Source of the DNA: an uncultured Clostridia bacterium
Lineage (GTDB): Bacteria; Bacillota; Clostridia; TANB77; CAG-508
Direction: 5' to 3'
DNA length: 64,000 nt
NCBI GenBank assembly: GCA_934153805.1
Contig: CAKPFO010000006.1
Coordinates: forward strand, 915-64,914
The translations under genes and the position numbers were made by a program. Below, one piece after another: positions 8,896 to 18,453 of this stretch; positions within the stretch are counted from its first letter, which is position 1; every line of letters begins with the position of its first letter. A model generated the notes under the pieces. It saw only the letters and a list, made by a program, of their open reading frames with translations. It ran no database searches and was not told the DNA's origin.

Positions 8896-11646
8896 TTACT
8901 CATTTCTTCCGCAACAGTTCTTATACTTTTTACCCGAACCACAAGGGCAAGGATCGTTTCTTCCTATTTTAGGTTCAGTATGTACTACTGGTGTATTTGT
9001 ATTTGTTTTTGAAGGAGTAACTCCATCTAATGATTTTATTGCTGTATCTTCTAGGCTTGTATTTGTTATTTGAGCTGATTCTTGTCTAGATACCATTCCA
9101 TCTTCTCTTTTTCTTGCATTTAAAAGGAATCTAACTACATCAACTTTTATGTTAGCAACCATTTCATCGAACATATCAAATCCTTCAATTCTGTATTGAA
9201 CAACAGGGTCTTTTTGGCCATATGCTCTTAATCCAATTCCGTTTTTTAATTCGTCCATGGCATCGATATGATCCATCCATTTTTGGTCAACTATTTTTAA
9301 CATTACAACACGTTCTAATTCTCTTAAGTTTTCGCTACCAAAGTCTGCTTCTTTTTGAGCATAAACCTCATGGATTTTGTCTTTTAATTCATTTATAACA
9401 TCTTCTACATTTAGTTTTTCTTCTTTTAAAGAATGTAATTTATCTATACCAAAAGTAACTGTTATGTCTTGCATTAATGCTTCTTTATTTACATTTTCTT
9501 CAGTAAAATATGTGTTTGTTAAATCTTCAGCAACAGAATCCATCATTTTTAATATTTGGTCTTTTAAGTTTTCTCCATCTAAAACTTCTCTTCTTTGTTT
9601 ATATATAATTTCTCTTTGTGTGTTCATAACATCGTCATAATTTAAAACATTCTTTCTTATGCTAAAGTTTCTATCTTCTACTCTTCTTTGAGCAGATTCT
9701 ACAGATTTTGAAATCATTTTTGATTCGATAGGCATATCCTCATCTGCACCTAGCATGTTGTATACTGCTGTAATTTTGTCTCCACCAAATATTTTCATTA
9801 AGTCATCATCTAATCCTATATAGAATCTTGATTCTCCTGGATCTCCTTGACGTCCACTACGTCCACGAAGCTGATTGTCAATTCTTCTTGATTCATGTCT
9901 TTCTGTACCAATTATTTTTAATCCGCCAGCTTCGATTACTTTTTGCTTTTCATCTTTTATTTGTTCGTTATACTTATCTTCTAACTCTTTAAATCTCTTT
10001 CTAGCTTCTAATATTTGTTCATCGTCAGTTTCATTGAAAGCTGTTGCTTGCTCTATTAGTTCTTCAGGATATTTTTGCTTTCTCATTTCTTGTTTAGCTA
10101 GATATTCGCTATTTCCTCCAAGCATAATATCGGTACCACGTCCTGCCATGTTAGTAGCAATTGTTACAGCACCATATTTACCAGCTTGAGCAACTATCTC
10201 TGCTTCTTTTTCATGGAATTTAGCATTTAATACTTCGTGCTTAATTCCTTCTCTTTTTAATAAGCTACTTAATTTTTCAGATTTTTCTATTGATACTGTA
10301 CCAACTAGAACTGGTTGACCTTTTTTATTGCTTTCTTTTATTTCATTTATAACTGCTCTAAATTTTGCGTTTTCGTTTTTGTATATAACGTCATGATTAT
10401 CTACACGAACCATTGGTTTGTTTGTTGGTATTTCTATAACATCTAAGTGATAAATTTCCTCAAATTCTGCCTCTTCAGTCATAGCAGTACCAGTCATACC
10501 TGCTAACTTGTCATACATTCTAAAATAATTTTGGAATGTAATTGTAGCAAGTGTCTTTGATTCGTCAGCAATTTTTACACCTTCTTTTGCTTCTATTGCT
10601 TGATGTAAACCATTGTTGTATCTTCTTCCATACATAATACGTCCTGTAAATTCGTCTACAATTAGAACTTCTCCATCTTTTACGATGTAGTCTATATCTT
10701 TTTTCATAATACCATGTGCACGTAAAGCTTGATTTACATTATGTACTAATTCTGAGTTTTCTATATCATTAAAGTTTTCTAATCTAAATTCTTCTTCTGC
10801 CTTTTTTATACCCTTTTGAGTAAGAGATGCAGATTTTGCTTTTAAGTCTACTATGTAATCATATTTTTCATTATCTTCTGCTTGCTCAAAGTCTTTGACA
10901 TCTTCTTCTACTATTACTTTTGCTTTTAATTTTCTTACAAAGCTATCGGCTTTTTTGTATAAATCAGAAGATTTATTTGCTCTACCAGAAATAATAAGTG
11001 GTGTACGAGCCTCATCAATTAAAATACTATCAATCTCGTCCACTATTGCATAATGTAATTTTCTTTGTACTAATTGGTTTTTATAAATAACCATATTATC
11101 TCTTAAGTAGTCAAATCCATATTCATTGTTTGTTCCATATGTTATATCACAGTTATATGCTTCTTGTTTTTGTGTAGGGTTCATTCCTGCAATTACAAGT
11201 CCTACGCTAAGACCTAAAAATCTATAAAGTTTTCCCATCCATTCACTATCACGTTTAGCTAAGTAATCGTTAACAGTAACAACATGTACACCTTCTCCTG
11301 TAAGTGCATTTAAATATACAGGAAGTGTTGCAACTAATGTTTTTCCTTCACCTGTTTTCATCTCGGCAATTCTACCTTGATGAAGTATAATTCCACCTAT
11401 TAATTGAACATCAAAGTGTCTCATTCCTAATACTCTTTTAGATGCTTCACGAACTACTGCAAAAGCTTCTGGTAATATGTCGTCTAGTGTTTCTCCTTTG
11501 TTTAATCTATTTTTGAACTCATCTGTTTTTCCTCTTAATTCAGAGTCAGATAGTTTTGAAATTTCTTCTTCTAAGCCATTAATTTTAGCTACTATTGGCA
11601 TTACTCTTTTTACTTCTTTTTCACTATATGTTTTAAATAGTCCCAT
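8896..11646 (-). CDS. secA: Preprotein translocase ATPase SecA
   Basis: 916 aa with the DEAD-like motor ([43 protein letters not shown]) and a C-terminal zinc finger [14 protein letters not shown]. Confidence 0.97.
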   Translation of the reverse strand: MGLFKTYSEKEVKRVMPIVAKINGLEEEISKLSDSELRGKTDEFKNRLNKGETLDDILPEAFAVVREASKRVLGMRHFDVQLIGGIILHQGRIAEMKTGEGKTLVATLPVYLNALTGEGVHVVTVNDYLAKRDSEWMGKLYRFLGLSVGLVIAGMNPTQKQEAYNCDITYGTNNEYGFDYLRDNMVIYKNQLVQRKLHYAIVDEIDSILIDEARTPLIISGRANKSSDLYKKADSFVRKLKAKVIVEEDVKDFEQAEDNEKYDYIVDLKAKSASLTQKGIKKAEEEFRLENFNDIENSELVHNVNQALRAHGIMKKDIDYIVKDGEVLIVDEFTGRIMYGRRYNNGLHQAIEAKEGVKIADESKTLATITFQNYFRMYDKLAGMTGTAMTEEAEFEEIYHLDVIEIPTNKPMVRVDNHDVIYKNENAKFRAVINEIKESNKKGQPVLVGTVSIEKSEKLSSLLKREGIKHEVLNAKFHEKEAEIVAQAGKYGAVTIATNMAGRGTDIMLGGNSEYLAKQEMRKQKYPEELIEQATAFNETDDEQILEARKRFKELEDKYNEQIKDEKQKVIEAGGLKIIGTERHESRRIDNQLRGRSGRQGDPGESRFYIGLDDDLMKIFGGDKITAVYNMLGADEDMPIESKMISKSVESAQRRVEDRNFSIRKNVLNYDDVMNTQREIIYKQRREVLDGENLKDQILKMMDSVAEDLTNTYFTEENVNKEALMQDITVTFGIDKLHSLKEEKLNVEDVINELKDKIHEVYAQKEADFGSENLRELERVVMLKIVDQKWMDHIDAMDELKNGIGLRAYGQKDPVVQYRIEGFDMFDEMVANIKVDVVRFLLNARKREDGMVSRQESAQITNTSLEDTAIKSLDGVTPSKTNTNTPVVHTEPKIGRNDPCPCGSGKKYKNCCGRNE

Positions 11647-11777
11647 GTTTTTCTTCCTTCCTTTTTTAGCATTTATACGAGTTAAACTATATCACTCTTT
11701 ATAATAAAAATCAAGGAAAAATGTAAAAAAACAGTACAGTAATTTTACTACACCGTTTTTTACTAATTATTCAATTT

Positions 11778-12242
11778 TTATTCTCTTTGTAAGGAGCCCA
11801 GTCCGTTATATGAAAAGCATGGAGTACCATCATATAACAAATATAAATTTACTAGAACATCATCTTCTTTTCTCCTTACTGTTTGATATGCACGAGATAA
11901 AAGTTTTGGAGTTTCTAATAAATATTGGTCTTTACATGATATATCGGAATAGAACTTTGCATTTTTATCCGGAATATAATAATTACCGTCAAACGGAAAA
12001 AGCATATCTATAACTTCTTCATAAGTTGTTTTATAATCTACTGAAGTTGTCGTAGTATTGTTATTTTCCGTTGTTTCCTGTGTTTGACGACTAGTACATT
12101 GTTCTTTATAGTTTTCCTCAATATAGTTTTTAATTTGATTGTCTATCCGTATTTGAAATCCTTTATCTACAATAAAGAATACACAAACACCTAGAAATAT
12201 AATTACTATTTTGCATAATACTTTTTTGATTTTGTCTGTCAT
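11778..12242 (-). CDS. Hypothetical membrane-anchored protein
   Basis: Start moved to ATG 12242 (MTDKIKK...) because GGAAGGAG lies 7 nt upstream. It has a single N-terminal TM and a T/N-rich linker. Confidence 0.5.
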   Translation of the reverse strand: MTDKIKKVLCKIVIIFLGVCVFFIVDKGFQIRIDNQIKNYIEENYKEQCTSRQTQETTENNNTTTTSVDYKTTYEEVIDMLFPFDGNYYIPDKNAKFYSDISCKDQYLLETPKLLSRAYQTVRRKEDDVLVNLYLLYDGTPCFSYNGLGSLQRE

Positions 12243-12397
12243 GTTTTTTCTCCTTCCGCATTGCAATTGCAATTTGCTTGTTTACTGCAATATTATGTTA
12301 CTTATTATAACATTTTTTTGTCCATAATACAAGCATATTTATTAAAATTACGACATATAAGTTATTAGAGAATCTTTTATTTAAGGAAGGAATTCAT

Positions 12398-12937
12398 ATG
12401 TTTATTTATAATATAAAATTAAGTGGTTCAAAGATGTTCAAAATATTATTTATTTTTATAATTGCTTTTGTAATTGCACTATGTGGCTTTATAGGATACA
12501 AAATTTATAGTGCTAGCGTTAATGCTAAAGACAATATACAGCAAACAGGACTTAATGAGCTTACCAACAAAAATTACTCTACAATTTTAAAAACCGTTCA
12601 CGATGATATTGACTCTTATATTGGAACTAAAATTAAATTTTCAGGTTTTGTATATCGAGTATATGATTTGAATAAAGAGCAATTCGTACTTGGTAGAAAT
12701 ATGATTATAAGCTCTGATTTTCAAACTGTAGTTGTTGGATTTTTGTGTCACTATAAAGATGCCATAAATTTAAAAGATAACTCGTGGGTAGAAATTCAAG
12801 GAACAATAACTAAAGGTGATTATCACGGAAATATGCCAATACTAGAAATAACTTCTTTAAAACAAATTGAAAAGCCTAATAATGAATACGTATACCCTCC
12901 TGACGAAAATTATATACCTACCTCTGCTATTCTCTAA
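12398..12937 (+). CDS. DUF1980/TIGR03943-like membrane-anchored protein
   Basis: RBS GGAAGGA 6 nt before the ATG and one N-terminal TM. The C-terminal pattern FVLGRNMIISSDFQTVVVGFL...WVEIQGTI resembles the DUF1980 C-terminal domain, recalled from memory. Confidence 0.4.
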   Translation: MFIYNIKLSGSKMFKILFIFIIAFVIALCGFIGYKIYSASVNAKDNIQQTGLNELTNKNYSTILKTVHDDIDSYIGTKIKFSGFVYRVYDLNKEQFVLGRNMIISSDFQTVVVGFLCHYKDAINLKDNSWVEIQGTITKGDYHGNMPILEITSLKQIEKPNNEYVYPPDENYIPTSAIL

Positions 12938-12942
12938 TTTTG

Positions 12943-13082
12943 TTTAGGGACGCCCCTTTTTCGAAATTTTTTACAGAAAGGGACACTCCTCTATTTTTAG
13001 CAAGGGTGTCCCTTTTAGAAAATTTTTTCGAAAAAGGGGCGTCCCTAAAATAAAATTTTTTCGAAAAAGGGGCGTCCCTAAA
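12943..13082. repeat. GC-rich nested palindromic element
   Basis: tttagggacgcccctttttcgaaa (12943-12966) is the reverse complement of 13026-13049. That right arm is repeated in tandem at 13059-13082. An inner 10-bp hairpin joins aaagggacac (12977-12986) and gtgtcccttt (13006-13015). Confidence 0.8.
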
Positions 13083-13092
13083 CGACTAAATT

Positions 13093-13137
13093 AAAAAACA
13101 AAGAAGTGACTAATTTTAATCACTTCTTTGTTTTTTT
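13093..13137. terminator. Bidirectional intrinsic terminator
   Basis: A 12-bp stem, acaaagaagtga (13098-13109) with tcacttctttgt (13120-13131), with an A-run before and T6 after. It sits between convergent genes. Confidence 0.8.
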
Positions 13138-13162
13138 GTTTGAAAATAATTTTCAGTTTTTT

Positions 13163-13342
13163 CTAATTCAGTTTTATGACATAAGTGTCTCCATCTAAAG
13201 TCATAGATGCTTCGGCATATTCCTCTGCCACATAGTACAAAATAGCCAGTATCCCCATTCCGTCCTTTTCCATGTTGTTCACAGCTTTTTGAATAAGTCC
13301 TACTCTAACTCCATCGATTGTATTACTTGCCACTCTTATCAT
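13163..13342 (-). CDS. Small hypothetical protein (59 aa), not in the ORF track
   Basis: Own translation: AAGGAGG 8 nt upstream, then ATG 13342 MIRVASNTIDGVRVGLIQKAVNNMEKDGMGILAILYYVAEEYAEASMTLDGDTYVIKLN and TAG 13165..13163. The terminator 13093-13137 follows. Confidence 0.6.
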   Translation of the reverse strand: MIRVASNTIDGVRVGLIQKAVNNMEKDGMGILAILYYVAEEYAEASMTLDGDTYVIKLN

Positions 13343-13413
13343 ATTGCTACCTCCTTAGATGTTTTCCCCACAGTTACTTTACATATTATAACATATCTAA
13401 CTATATATTGCAA

Positions 13414-14517
13414 TTATTCTCGCTCAAAAATTGCTTTTGCTACCCCTTTATCTATCATTGTTCCAAAAATGTTTTTTAACATAATCAAAATGACTGGCCC
13501 TAGTAATAACCCTAATATTCCTATAAATTTAAAGCCTGTATACATAGCTATTAACGTAAAAATAGGATGAATACCTATTTGCCCTGACACTATACGCGGT
13601 TCTATAAATTGCCTTACTGCACTCATAATAAATAATAATATAAGTAGCAAAACTCCTAGTCTTATATCTCCATTAAACGCAGCTATAACAGCCCATGGAA
13701 TCATAACTGTTGCAGAACCAAAGATAGGTAATGCGTCCACAAAACCTATTCCTAAAGCTGCAATTAGCGGATAGCCTACATTTAAGCCAACTATTTTAAA
13801 AATATATAAACCTATAAGTGAAATTATAAAAGAAACAATTACAAGTATTGCTTCTGCCTTTATTAAAGCTCCTAGCGATGATGTCATTTCTTTTATAAAT
13901 TTAATTATTTTTTTAACCCATAATTCAGGAAAATGATGTTCGAGTTGGTCTAACATATATATTTTGTCTGTGCAAATAAAGTATAGTGACAAAATGGTAA
14001 TAACAACATAGATTCCTATTGTTGGGATAGATGTTATCATATTTAAAATATTAGTTAATACTTGTTTTAGCCAATCAGATACTGCACTAAATACGTTTGT
14101 CATTGATTCCTGGATTGTATTTATTATTTCACTTGACAAATTTAGCTTGCTTAAATCTACTTTTGAGATTATTTCTTGAAATCTATACGAAATTTTTTCA
14201 AAATATCCATTTAAGCCTTTTAGCAAATTGGTAGACTCCGTAATTAATGTTATTATTCCCCAAGCACATAATCCAATTATAATTGATAAAGAAACGACAA
14301 ATACTATTATTGCACTTGTCCTTCTTTTTAGTTTAAAATGCCTCATCAAATATCTAATTACAGGTTCAATTATTAATGATAATAGAAATGCTATTAAAAA
14401 TGGCATATAAAAAATAGCAAATTTAAATGCTATAAATATTCCTAAGCAAGTTAGAGCAAAGACTAATAATCTTTTAAAAACTTTAGACCAATAATTCATA
14501 TCAACTACCATACACAT
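13414..14517 (-). CDS. AI-2E family transporter, YtvI-like sporulation membrane protein
   Basis: About 8 TM helices and the C-terminal pattern GFVDALPIFGSATVMIPWA...IGIHPIFTLIAMYTG typical of the PerM/AI-2E family. The true start may be the internal MNYWSK at 14499. Confidence 0.75.
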   Translation of the reverse strand: MCMVVDMNYWSKVFKRLLVFALTCLGIFIAFKFAIFYMPFLIAFLLSLIIEPVIRYLMRHFKLKRRTSAIIVFVVSLSIIIGLCAWGIITLITESTNLLKGLNGYFEKISYRFQEIISKVDLSKLNLSSEIINTIQESMTNVFSAVSDWLKQVLTNILNMITSIPTIGIYVVITILSLYFICTDKIYMLDQLEHHFPELWVKKIIKFIKEMTSSLGALIKAEAILVIVSFIISLIGLYIFKIVGLNVGYPLIAALGIGFVDALPIFGSATVMIPWAVIAAFNGDIRLGVLLLILLFIMSAVRQFIEPRIVSGQIGIHPIFTLIAMYTGFKFIGILGLLLGPVILIMLKNIFGTMIDKGVAKAIFERE

Positions 14518-14609
14518 TTCTCCTATGTATACTTTTTATATAATTTTATGTATTTTGGTGCTAATTTATACATGGGTTTATTACTATTGTGGTAATTTTT
14601 AAAAATTAG

Positions 14610-14649
14610 AAAAACGAGCTACTATATGAATATATAATAACTCGTTTTT
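14610..14649 (-). terminator. Intrinsic terminator after the CBS gene
   Basis: aaaaacgag (14610-14618) pairs with ctcgttttt (14641-14649). The loop is large, and there is a T-run on the minus strand. Confidence 0.45.
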
Positions 14650-14668
14650 CTGATTTTACAATAAATTT

Positions 14669-15121
14669 TTACTCTGCATTTCTTTTGTTGCATCCACAAA
14701 TATTTTCAAATGTCTCCCCTATCTTCTCATCACTTACATTTGCATTTTTTGCTAAATCTCCTAAACTAATAATACCTACTATTTTATTGTTGTCATCTAC
14801 TACTGGGAGTCTTCTTATTTGATATTCTCCCATTAACTTTTCAGCCTCTGAAATTTCACAGTTTTCATCACAACAGCATACTTTACATGTCATAATTTCA
14901 CTTACAGGTGTTGTTTTAGCATCTTTGTCATGAGCAATACTTCTTAGTATAACATCTCTATCTGTTACTAAACCTACTATATTTTGAGAATTATCACATA
15001 CAGGAACACATCCTATGTGATTATCACACATTAATTTTGCACAATCTTTTATTGTGTTACTTGGCTTTAAACAATAAACATCGCCACACATACAATCTTT
15101 TACTTTCATATCCACTAACAT
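14669..15121 (-). CDS. CBS-pair domain protein, Cys-rich
   Basis: Two CBS motifs (VKDCM...CVPVCD...GLVTDRDVI and EIMT...RLPVVDDNNKIVGIISLGDL). The start is uncertain among ATG 15121, GTG 15115 and ATG 15109. Confidence 0.8.
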   Translation of the reverse strand: MLVDMKVKDCMCGDVYCLKPSNTIKDCAKLMCDNHIGCVPVCDNSQNIVGLVTDRDVILRSIAHDKDAKTTPVSEIMTCKVCCCDENCEISEAEKLMGEYQIRRLPVVDDNNKIVGIISLGDLAKNANVSDEKIGETFENICGCNKRNAE

Positions 15122-15293
15122 TCCTTTCTTAGGAACACATTAAGCTAAAAAATTTTTTAAAGCAAAATTGTACCTTTTATATTTTTAAATGTTTTTACAT
15201 TTAACATTATTATTTTGTCCAGTTAGTTTTTTTATATGATATGAAATTTCTTCAAACTTTTTTGCAATAATATTTACCATAATTTTCCAAAAT

Positions 15294-15487
15294 AAACACA
15301 TAAGCATTAAATATAAAATTTAAATGTAATGACGAATGTGCATAAGAAAATTTTAGAAATTCTACGATATTTTATGGAAAGAGTTCATTTTTAATGGAAA
15401 AGTGCCATAAAATGAGGTAAAATTTCTTAGATTTTTTTATAAACCGAGGAATGAAATTTAAATTTTATATTTAATGCTTATGTGTTT
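15294..15487 (+). repeat. Palindrome-flanked intergenic element, copy A
   Basis: Perfect 32-bp inverted repeats (15294-15325 and 15456-15487) surround a 130-nt core homologous to the cores at 18251-18379, 27024-27157 and 30347-30452. Confidence 0.9.
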
Positions 15488-15495
15488 TTATTAAT

Positions 15496-16035
15496 TTATT
15501 TTAAAGCAATTATCTCTTCATCTTGTTTAATTTTTTCTCCCAAGAATATATAGCATCTTTTATCTTGTTTCATTGCTTCAAGAGCTACATCTTTATCTTC
15601 TCTTAGTCTATTGCTTGCGTACTTTACAATTATACCTTTATTTTTTACCGCTTCTAATACAACTTCTTTATCATCTCTCATAGATGGATGAGAATAATAT
15701 AAAATTTGACCGCTTATTTTTAGTCCTGCAAGTAATAACTCCTTATCTAACAGAAGATTTTCTTTTGCATAGCAATATGTCCATCCTAATCTACTTACAG
15801 AGTCATATACAATTTCTCTATCGCCTTTTAAATTATCACTTGCAAACTCTAATGCCTCTGCATTGTTTTTTACCGCTTCTAACACTATCTCTCTATCATT
15901 TCTTAATTCATCACTTGCAAATTCTAACAATTTGCCGTTTTCTTTTACTGTATTTAATACATATTCTCTGTCACATGAATTCTTCTTCATATTTGTTACT
16001 TCTATTGGCTCTGGCATCTTTTTTTCTCTTTTCAT
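15496..16035 (-). CDS. DUF4116 repeat protein
   Basis: Repeated units of the form LE(F/Y)AS..L+.D+E(I/V)VLEAVK.N match the DUF4116 repeat. Confidence 0.75.
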   Translation of the reverse strand: MKREKKMPEPIEVTNMKKNSCDREYVLNTVKENGKLLEFASDELRNDREIVLEAVKNNAEALEFASDNLKGDREIVYDSVSRLGWTYCYAKENLLLDKELLLAGLKISGQILYYSHPSMRDDKEVVLEAVKNKGIIVKYASNRLREDKDVALEAMKQDKRCYIFLGEKIKQDEEIIALK

Positions 16036-16110
16036 ATTGATATTTAGGTTTTTTTAAATTTTTACAATATATTTTGTATCTAACGCAGGTTTTACCTATA
16101 AACCTAACAT

Positions 16111-16698
16111 CTAAAAATACTCATTATATTCTCTTGGTCTAGGTGGCATTCCTGGATTTCCCGGAAATGGTGGTCGCCCTGGTTCTCCTGGGAAAGGTGG
16201 TCTTGGTGGACGAGGTGGTCTTGTGGGGAATCCCCCTCCTAATAATTGATTCAATAGTAAAATTCTTATTAAATCATTTAAAAGTGGATTTTGAGGTCTT
16301 CTTTGTCTATTTTGTGTTTCTTGAACTTTTCTTGATTGTTCATCTACCGCACTTTTATAACTATTTATTTTACTTGCTCTATTATCTACTACCTCTTTTT
16401 CTGCCGTTCTGTTATCTATATTAATTTTTATAGATATTTCATTATTTAATTCAATTCTTTGAGAAACCTCATTAACCATACTTTCTAAAACATCTCTGTT
16501 TACTTGCTGTCTATTACATTTGTTGCATACATCACATACAATAGGATTTAGTATTCTATATATTTCCGGATACATTTCTTCTAATTCTCTAGAATTTTGA
16601 CAAACACAATTTTGGAAAGTCTGATTTGCATATAACTCATTCGTCATAGGGTAACCTAAAACACTCCTCATATAATCTTCATAATTTTGATAATACAT
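16111..16698 (-). CDS. Hypothetical protein with Pro-rich C-terminus
   Basis: 195 aa with a Cys-containing N-terminal half and the tail PTRPPRPPRPPFPGEPGRPPFPGNPGMPPRPREY. No family recognised. Confidence 0.5.
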   Translation of the reverse strand: MYYQNYEDYMRSVLGYPMTNELYANQTFQNCVCQNSRELEEMYPEIYRILNPIVCDVCNKCNRQQVNRDVLESMVNEVSQRIELNNEISIKINIDNRTAEKEVVDNRASKINSYKSAVDEQSRKVQETQNRQRRPQNPLLNDLIRILLLNQLLGGGFPTRPPRPPRPPFPGEPGRPPFPGNPGMPPRPREYNEYF

Positions 16699-16777
16699 GG
16701 ACTTTACCTCCTTAATAATTTATGTATTATCTTATTCATTATATTTTAAGTTTGTGAATTAAATATGCAAATTTATT

Positions 16778-18178
16778 TTATAGGGCATTAGTGAATTCTT
16801 TAAACTTATTTCCCCTGTCTTCAAAGTTTTTAAAAGCATCAAAGCTAGCACTAGCTGGTGAAAGTAATACAATATCTCCTTTTCTTGCTTTTTTATTTGC
16901 TAGTTTTACCGCTTCTTCCAAATTTTCTACAAAACATATTTCAACTTTATCTCCATTAACCGCGTTTCTAGTAGCTTCTTCTATTTTGGTAGCAGTTGGA
17001 CCAGTTAATATTAATGTTCTTACTTTTTTCGCAATAGCCTCTCCTACTTCTTTATAGTCTAAACCTTTATCGGAACCACCAGCTAATAAAATAATATCTT
17101 CATTAAATGCATTTAAACCTGCAATTGTACTTGCTGGGCTTGTTCCTATAGAATCATTATACCACTTTACATTGTTTAGTTCTCTTACAAATTCTAATCT
17201 ATGTTCTACTCCTTTAAAGTTTTTAATAGTTTCTACAGCTGTATCTATATCTACTAAAGTTTTAGTTGCTGCAAGTGCTGCACAAATGTTCTCATAATTG
17301 TGTATTCCTCTTAATTTAATATCGCCTTTTTTAATTAAATGTCTTCTAACTCCATCTTCACAATATTTAATTGTTTCGTCTGAAGTATCATATATATATC
17401 CGTCTTCTAGCTTTTCTTTACTGCTAAAGAAAATAACCTTACCATTTGTTTCTTTTGCAAATTGACGAGTAAATTCATTATCATAATTTAAAACTGTAAT
17501 TCCTTTTTCGCTTTGATGTTTAAATATATTTTTCTTTTGCTCTCTATATTCTTCATAAGAACTATGCACATTTAAGTGGTCAGGGAATATATTTGTTACT
17601 ACACTTATATCAGGACTTACATCCATATTAGTTAGTTGGAAACTACTCATCTCTAAAATTATAACATCGTCTGGTGTCATATCTTTTACTAATGTAAATA
17701 TTGGCTTTCCTATATTTCCACCTAAGAAACAATTATATCCTGCTTTTTTTATAATTTCATATATTATAGAGGTTGTTGTAGTTTTCCCTTCTGTACCTGT
17801 TATTCCTATTGTTTTACTAGGAGTTAATTTTAGTACCATTTCTATTTCAGTAGTAATTATTGCCCCTCTATCAGCTTCTTTTTTTAGTTCTTCTCTATAT
17901 GGCATAAGACTAGGCGAACGGAAAATTATATCAAATCCATTCAAATTTTCTAAATTATTTTTTCCTCCATAATATGTAATTCCATAATTATCTATTTTAT
18001 CTATTATAGTACTATCCAGTTCCTCTTTTTCTCTATTGTCGAAAACAGATATTTTACTGTTTAATTCATGAAAATAATCTAGAAGTGGTATATTACTTAC
18101 TCCTAGCCCTATAATTGCAACTTTTTTATTTTTTACAAAATTATTGAATCCTTCTAATTTTTCATTTCTATATTCCAT
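16778..18178 (-). CDS. murD: UDP-N-acetylmuramoylalanine--D-glutamate ligase
   Basis: Mur ligase P-loop GITGTEGKTTTTS and a MurD-type N-terminal Rossmann fold VAIIGLGVSN. Start set at ATG 18178 (MEYRNEK) behind AAGGAA. Confidence 0.9.
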   Translation of the reverse strand: MEYRNEKLEGFNNFVKNKKVAIIGLGVSNIPLLDYFHELNSKISVFDNREKEELDSTIIDKIDNYGITYYGGKNNLENLNGFDIIFRSPSLMPYREELKKEADRGAIITTEIEMVLKLTPSKTIGITGTEGKTTTTSIIYEIIKKAGYNCFLGGNIGKPIFTLVKDMTPDDVIILEMSSFQLTNMDVSPDISVVTNIFPDHLNVHSSYEEYREQKKNIFKHQSEKGITVLNYDNEFTRQFAKETNGKVIFFSSKEKLEDGYIYDTSDETIKYCEDGVRRHLIKKGDIKLRGIHNYENICAALAATKTLVDIDTAVETIKNFKGVEHRLEFVRELNNVKWYNDSIGTSPASTIAGLNAFNEDIILLAGGSDKGLDYKEVGEAIAKKVRTLILTGPTATKIEEATRNAVNGDKVEICFVENLEEAVKLANKKARKGDIVLLSPASASFDAFKNFEDRGNKFKEFTNAL

Positions 18179-18220
18179 TTGTATCATTCCTTATAATATT
18201 ATTTAGGTTTTTATACATCA

Positions 18221-18409
18221 TTGTTAATTACTTTTATAATATAATTTTTTGTTTCCTCGTTCGAGCTAAATTATCTAGAAATTCTAATATAAATTTTACG
18301 GGACCCTTTCAATAAATGAACATTCCACATAAAATTTATATAAGAATTGCTACAATAATTTCCTCTCAATACGTCAACAAAAAAATTATATTATAAAAGT
18401 AATTAACAA
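18221..18409 (-). repeat. Palindrome-flanked intergenic element, copy B
   Basis: Perfect 30-bp inverted repeats (18221-18250 and 18380-18409) surround a 129-nt core, in reverse orientation relative to copy A. Confidence 0.9.
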
Positions 18410-18453
18410 AATCGGTTATACCTATAAACCTTTTGCTTTTAATTTGTCGAACA

